NCBI GenBank assembly: GCA_965223265.1
Contig: OZ244999.1
Span: forward strand, 5,184,001-5,248,000
Length of the DNA stretch: 64,000 bases
DNA from: Planctomycetota bacterium
Lineage (GTDB): Bacteria > Planctomycetota > UBA8108 > SXIK01
Direction: 5' to 3'
Positions 58,710 through 64,000 of the stretch are shown here, piece by piece (within the stretch, counting starts at the first letter, position 1; each line of letters starts with the position of its first letter). The notes beneath the pieces were generated by a model. The model made no database searches and had not been told where the DNA came from. It was given only the letters and a program-made list of their open reading frames with translations. The position numbers were made by a program, and so were the translations under genes.

Positions 58710-59366
58710 CAGTTGAAGACGAAAGTTGTGAGTCTCACAAACCGCGCTGTTTCCTTTGGCGGTCGCCCTAACGCGGAAACGCACGAAGCATCTGTGGGTC
58801 GCGCCCTAAGCGCCGCACCAACTCCTCCGAACCCCGCAAGAGCGAACAGCGATAGCCGCCCGCCTTTTCCGTTACGACTGTTCGCAGACGCAAAAACAGA
58901 ATCGCCGCACCGTCTACGCGCACGATTGGCGCGCGGTTCAACCCATCGATCTAACGACAGTTTTGCGGCGCCGCAGCGATAGCGACGGCACTTCGGGAAA
59001 CCACGGTTTCGTTAGACTTTGGCTACACTTTTTGTTAGGATTGGCGCCTTCGTCTGATTGTTGAATTGTTGACGCTTCGTTGGCGAGGTCCCGCGAGTTC
59101 TTCGGGCTCCGAGCCGATGCCGCGAGAGACGTTCGAGATTCGCCAAGCGACTTCGGACGGTCCACGGCACGCCGTGCACGCCGAGTCATGCTTGCCGGGT
59201 CGTTCGAAGCACAACACGGACACGCCACGGTGCGGCTCGGCGTAGAAGACGCCAGGCTTCCGGGCGCTCGGGCTGAGCCACGGGGACGAGGTGAGCAGCC
59301 TGAAAGCGCTCGACGGCGTTATGAATCACCGCGACTCCGCGAAAGACCAAGTAAGGAGACTCCCTC

Positions 59367-60365
59367 ATGACGATTCGAGTTGGCATCAATGGGTTTGGCC
59401 GGATCGGGCGTGCGGTTTTCCGCATCCTCCGCCAGCGCAAAATCGACGTCGTTGGCATCAATGACCTCACCGACGCGAAGACGCTCGCACACTTGCTAAA
59501 GTACGACACCGTCATGGGTCGCCACTTCGAGACCGTCGAGTCCTCGCAGGGCGCTCTGAAGGTTGGCGGCGACGATATCCCGATCAGCGCCATCCGCAAT
59601 CCCGAGGAAATCCCCTGGAAAGAGCTTGGTGCCGACTTCGTCGTCGAGTCGACCGGGGTGTTTGGCAAGCGGCAAGATCTCGAAAAACATCTCGCCGCAG
59701 GTGCGAAGAAGGTCGTTCTGACTGTCCCCCCGAAGGAGCCGATTGATGCTCTCGTCGTGTTGGGTGTTAACGACGACACCCTGAAACCGGATCACAAGCT
59801 GATTTCGAATGCTTCGTGCACAACGAACTGCTTGGCTCCGCTCGCCAAAGTGATCCATGAGGCGTTTGGAATCGAGTCGGGCATCATGACGACCGTGCAT
59901 GCCTACACGAACGACCAACGTCTCTCAGATCTACCTCACTCCGATCTCCGCCGAGCCCGGGCGGCAGCGCAAAACATCATCCCGACCACAACCGGCGCAG
60001 CTCGTGCGGTTGGCAAAGTGCTGCCAGAGCTCGACGGCAAACTCGACGGCATCGCGCTTCGCGTGCCAGTGCTCGACGGCTCGGTCGTCGACTTAGTCGC
60101 GACACTCCAGCGCGAAGTCACGGCTGAAGAGGTGAATGCTGCCGTCAAAGCGGGCGCCGACAAGATCCCAAACGTTCTAGAATACTGCGAAGACCCCATC
60201 GTCTCGAGCGACGTCATCGGCAACCCTCATTCATCGGTGTTTGACGCTTTGTCGACGATGGTCATGGGCGGAAAAGGAAATCAAGTGAAGCTGATCTCGT
60301 GGTACGACAATGAGTGGGGTTACTCGAGCCGGGTCTGCGATCTCCTTGAGAAGATCGCCAGATAG
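59367..60365 (+). CDS. gap: Type I glyceraldehyde-3-phosphate dehydrogenase
   Basis: [31 protein letters not shown]; AAGGAG RBS. Confidence 0.98.
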   Translation: MTIRVGINGFGRIGRAVFRILRQRKIDVVGINDLTDAKTLAHLLKYDTVMGRHFETVESSQGALKVGGDDIPISAIRNPEEIPWKELGADFVVESTGVFGKRQDLEKHLAAGAKKVVLTVPPKEPIDALVVLGVNDDTLKPDHKLISNASCTTNCLAPLAKVIHEAFGIESGIMTTVHAYTNDQRLSDLPHSDLRRARAAAQNIIPTTTGAARAVGKVLPELDGKLDGIALRVPVLDGSVVDLVATLQREVTAEEVNAAVKAGADKIPNVLEYCEDPIVSSDVIGNPHSSVFDALSTMVMGGKGNQVKLISWYDNEWGYSSRVCDLLEKIAR

Positions 60366-60380
60366 AACAGATCTTAGCAG

Positions 60381-60454
60381 CCGCAAAAAAGTGGCGGCGC
60401 GGTCTCGCCTCGCGCCGCGGAGACAACCGAATGGCTCGCCGCTCTTTTTTGCGG
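60381..60454. terminator. Long inverted repeat / terminator after gap
   Basis: CCGCAAAAAAGTGGCGGCG pairs with CGCCGCTCTTTTTTGCGG. Confidence 0.55.
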
Positions 60455-60521
60455 GGGTTCGAATTCAGTCGCGCCCGGCGATGGTAACTGATCCGGTGGC
60501 GACCGATCATGGGACGCCGGC

Positions 60522-61379
60522 ATGTCGCCTTGCGCTGTAGCGGTCGGCTGCGACATCGGTGGCACCGCCATCAAATGCGTGCGCGTGGCGAACAAAGAGA
60601 TCGAGTCTGAATCTCGCGTTGCGACTCCAGCGTCGACTGCGGATCTCGTCGATGCAGTCGTCGAATCGATCGACCAGCACTTGATGCCTCATTCTCACAG
60701 CGCGGTCGGTGTCGCGTTTTGCGGCCACCTCGACGCAGCGCGGAGAAGTGTCATCCGTTCGACAAATCTGCCATTTCTTGAAGACTTCCCGTTGGCCGAC
60801 GCGATCGAAGCACGTTTTTCCGGCGCCACGGTTGTCCTCGATACAGACACCAACGCGGGTGCAGTCGCAGAATCGGTCGACGATGATCCGGCGCACCATA
60901 CCCTGTACGTTGCCCTCGGAACGGGCGTCGGTGCGGCTTTGACGCGTGGCGGTGAACCGGTTCGAGTACGCCACCACACGGTCGGACACATCGCGGCGCT
61001 GCGCCTCCCCGGCGCTCATGAACAAGCCACCGTTGAGAGTGAACTCTCCAGCCGCGGCATATTGGAACGAGCCGCGCGCTCAGGCATCCACGTCGCCACC
61101 ACCGCCGAACTCTACGACCTCGCGTGTCGGGACGATATGGCGCAGGAGGTTTGGCGACGTGTCGGCGTGCGCCTCGGAGAGCTCCTAGCACAGCTCAGCG
61201 TGCTGTGGTCGCCGCAGCGGATCGTCATCGGCGGCGGCACGACCGGCGCTGACGAGTACTTTCTTCAAAGCGCTCAACAGCAGCTCGCCGTTCGACTCGA
61301 GGCGCCGCCGCGTCTGACGACAGCTCGTCACGGCACATTCGCGAACGCCGTTGGCGCCGCGTTCCTAGCAAGCCGATAG
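60522..61379 (+). CDS. ROK family protein (sugar kinase-like)
   Basis: GCDIGGT, DTDTNAGAVAE, LGTGVG, IVIGGG, AVGAA. Confidence 0.85.
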   Translation: MSPCAVAVGCDIGGTAIKCVRVANKEIESESRVATPASTADLVDAVVESIDQHLMPHSHSAVGVAFCGHLDAARRSVIRSTNLPFLEDFPLADAIEARFSGATVVLDTDTNAGAVAESVDDDPAHHTLYVALGTGVGAALTRGGEPVRVRHHTVGHIAALRLPGAHEQATVESELSSRGILERAARSGIHVATTAELYDLACRDDMAQEVWRRVGVRLGELLAQLSVLWSPQRIVIGGGTTGADEYFLQSAQQQLAVRLEAPPRLTTARHGTFANAVGAAFLASR

Positions 61380-61509
61380 GAGCGCCCAGGCCTGCGCCCG
61401 TCCTCCGCCATGACCCGAACGGGTTCGAGCCCGCGTCGCTCCAGGCGTTCCCAGGCTCGACGCGAAATGGCAGTAGCGTGCGTGCAGGCCAGCGGTTCGA
61501 CTCTTGATC

Positions 61510-63534
61510 CTAGCCGCTCGAGCAGTCGTTCTGGATGCAGAAGCCGAGATCGTCCGGCGTCGGGTCGACCCCTTGCGTCTCGGCCCCCGGCGCCGGCGGA
61601 ATCGGGGTATTCTCGACGAAGAGGAAATTGAGGAGAAAGATCGCGTCCGACAGGTCAACCTTGGTGTCATCATTCGTGTCGCCGGCGTCACGGCACGAAA
61701 TCGGCCCTTCTCCTTTGAAGAGCGCGTTCAGAATGAAGATGCCGTCCGCCAAGTCGACGCCGCAGTCGTTGTTCGCGTCGCCGCGAAGAAACTGAGGCGG
61801 CTCGTCGCTACACTCAGCGACACCGGGGTTCGCCAGACCCAACGTCGCCTCCTCAGGCAAGCGAACCTCGAAGAGTCCAAAGCGACAGCCGTCGGGCTTC
61901 AAAGCAAACGACTGGTCGATCTCTTGCGCGCCGAACTCAACGGAATGGATCACTCCGAAACCGTTTTCAGCTCTGTCGTAGAGGTAGATTTGATCGCCGT
62001 CACCCGTGAGGGTGAAGTCTGTGTGGTACGCCCCCATGGCGGGATCTGTAGGATCTGGACACTCCTGCCCATCACCGGGCTTGTCTTCCAGCGGTCGTGG
62101 GCACTTTCCACCATCGTTATCGGTCCAAACGAGTAAGTACTCACCGGCGGCGATGGAAGAGCCGGCCGGGAACTGCCACAGCTGAGGCTCTAGGCGGCGG
62201 TTCGACAGCCACATTCCGGAAAGATCGATGCTTTCGGCCGCCCCATTGTAGAGCTCGATCACGTCGTCGAACTGGCAATTCGGCGCCGTATCAGGGCATG
62301 AGCTCTCGGTCGGATCCGCGATCACAGATGACTGGCGAGCGAGAACTTCGTTGATCACCAGATTCGCGAGGACGCCCTGAGGCTCGTAGCCCGACTGATA
62401 GCGGTAGCGCACGTCGCAGCTCAAAAACTCGTCGGCGTTCGCCGGGTCGCGAACACAGTTCGGACCGGGCAAACCGATGCGGTTACACGGCCCCTGGCCG
62501 GGATCACATAGATTTGAGGGATTGGTCCCGACACCGCCCTGGGCGTCCTCAACGACGAACTGAAACTCAACGCGGGCACCGGCCGGCTGCGCCGGGATCG
62601 TCGCTTCCCAGAGGCTCGAGCGGTCGAGAGGCGAGCCGTTGTCCTCGAGGCCCATAAATGTCAGCGCGATCGGCGCCTGCTCCGCACCATTGACACTGTA
62701 CTGAATCTCGGCGCGCGGCAAATTCGCTGCGCTCGGCTCCTGGTCGTCACGGACGCGCAAGACAAAGAGTATGGCCTCGTCGATCGCGGGACTGTTGTTG
62801 ATCTCCGTCAGATTCACCCGGGTGATACGTGGTGCCGCATTCTCTGGTGTACTGTTGGTAGCACCCGTGCAGGATCGAAACCTTCCGAAAAAGCCACACG
62901 TGCCGACCTCACCTTCGGTGCAGGTGCCGAACGTGGCCTGACCAGGCTGAAAAAAGTTGAACACGTTGAAAGTCTCGTCGATCGGCACTGGCGCGACACC
63001 CGCACCGTCCGGAGAACGTCCGAACGAGACGTTCTCTGACAGCGGCGGGAGAAAGATCTGATCGACCAAGGGACGCTGGAGCTCGCTTCCTCGCGGTCCC
63101 CAAAGGCTGATCGGTTCTGTTCCACCAGCACCTATCCGGAAATCCGCGTGGAGCTCACATTCCTTTTCGAGATCGCCATCGCAGAACACGACGATCGATG
63201 ACTGCGGTCCAATCTCGATTCCAGCCGGAAAACACCAGGGATCCTCGTCGACGAGATTGTCGCGATCGCCCAAACAGTACGACGTGAGAGGATCGCCAGT
63301 TCCGAGTATGACAGTCTCCTCCTCAGACGTGTTATAGAGCTCGATCATGTCAGTGGTGTTGCCATCGGCGTCCAACGGCTCGACGTCGGTGTTGTCGGCG
63401 ATGACTTCGTTGATCACAACCTGCCCGGAGATTTCCGTGACGAACCCAGAGATCAGGACGAGCGCGCAAGAGAGGCGCCCCACGTGCCTGCAAAAACCCC
63501 GCGACACTCCCCACATGGTCAAACCGTATCTCAC
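61510..63534 (-). CDS. Secreted Cys-rich lamin-tail-domain protein with C-terminal dockerin-like domain
   Basis: AGGAGG RBS before GTG 63534; signal peptide; INEVIADN..DMIELYN and INEVLA..DVIELYN; FLRGDANND dockerin. Confidence 0.8.
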   Translation of the reverse strand: MRYGLTMWGVSRGFCRHVGRLSCALVLISGFVTEISGQVVINEVIADNTDVEPLDADGNTTDMIELYNTSEEETVILGTGDPLTSYCLGDRDNLVDEDPWCFPAGIEIGPQSSIVVFCDGDLEKECELHADFRIGAGGTEPISLWGPRGSELQRPLVDQIFLPPLSENVSFGRSPDGAGVAPVPIDETFNVFNFFQPGQATFGTCTEGEVGTCGFFGRFRSCTGATNSTPENAAPRITRVNLTEINNSPAIDEAILFVLRVRDDQEPSAANLPRAEIQYSVNGAEQAPIALTFMGLEDNGSPLDRSSLWEATIPAQPAGARVEFQFVVEDAQGGVGTNPSNLCDPGQGPCNRIGLPGPNCVRDPANADEFLSCDVRYRYQSGYEPQGVLANLVINEVLARQSSVIADPTESSCPDTAPNCQFDDVIELYNGAAESIDLSGMWLSNRRLEPQLWQFPAGSSIAAGEYLLVWTDNDGGKCPRPLEDKPGDGQECPDPTDPAMGAYHTDFTLTGDGDQIYLYDRAENGFGVIHSVEFGAQEIDQSFALKPDGCRFGLFEVRLPEEATLGLANPGVAECSDEPPQFLRGDANNDCGVDLADGIFILNALFKGEGPISCRDAGDTNDDTKVDLSDAIFLLNFLFVENTPIPPAPGAETQGVDPTPDDLGFCIQNDCSSG

Positions 63535-64000
63535 CGGCGGCCTCCTTTGTCTCCCCACCTGCGAACATTTCTACGCGCCATGCTCATTCAGCAAACTCGG
63601 ACCGCGGCAACCCTCGCACCTGTAAGCGGCCTTTGACGGCCCTTACAGAATCTCAACGGTCGGCAACTCCAGCAAACCCGATCACGGTCGCCTTGGGTGG
63701 CACTTCGTGACGACAAGAATCTCTCTCAGCCTGAAACGATCTACCGGCTCTCCACAACCACAGGAATAACAGCCGTTGTATGGACCTTTTTCAGACCCCG
63801 TAACTCCCCAGTACACACATTATAGACGTCGTTTTTCGTGAAATCTCCGTGGAAGTTCGCAAATTCGCTGCCCGCGAACAAACAGTCCATCCCTGCGCTC
63901 GATCGTCGCTCCGGCGCCGCCGTCCGGCGCCTACGCGGCGTCGTAAAGTACGGAAATGAGCAGGTTTTCTGACGTCCACAGTGAAGACGGCGCAGTGGTT

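Noticed and set aside
58710-59366. Long greA-gap intergenic region as a possible riboswitch/ncRNA, and its short ORFs
   Set aside because: No riboswitch, tmRNA, RNase P or SRP consensus was recognised, and the ORFs lack RBS and protein-like composition. An Rfam scan is needed to exclude it fully.
61379-61443. tRNA-like segment (GGAGCG...GGTTCGAGCCC...CGCTCCA)
   Set aside because: Only about 65 nt, the T-stem does not pair properly, and there is no D-arm or anticodon arm. tRNAscan-SE would settle it.
63957-64000. Possible gene start MSRFSDVHSEDGAVV at the right edge
   Set aside because: Too short to support.

Overview
High-GC bacterial chromosomal segment, most consistent with an uncultured Planctomycetota/PVC lineage. 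This is inferred from five C-terminal dockerin-like domains, lamin-tail/CotH proteins, a long-form GreA and a divergent bL34. About 45 CDSs. Housekeeping and metabolic genes: gap, greA-like, tmk fusion, tatD, rpmH (missed by the ORF track), nagA, nagB, murQ, menG/ubiX/ubiA-type menaquinone genes, an HDAC-family deacetylase, LOG, ROK and an SDR plus two PTPS genes. Many secreted or membrane hypothetical proteins lie between them. No rRNA, tRNA, CRISPR array or transposase was found. Best candidates for novelty: (1) a membrane pseudokinase ending in a 184-aa tail made only of D/E/W/G with ten DDW motifs; (2) a sigma54 promoter followed by a ~120-nt structured C-rich RNA with anti-SD motifs; (3) an orphan MamK-like actin with no magnetosome genes; (4) five secreted proteins sharing a Cys-flanked dockerin-like C-terminal module; (5) a cytochrome P460-fold lipoprotein with Arg at the cross-link Lys position; (6) a dispersed MITE-like inverted-repeat family. 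All family assignments come from motif recognition by eye, not from database searches. Several start codons were moved from the ORF track using RBS or signal-peptide logic.
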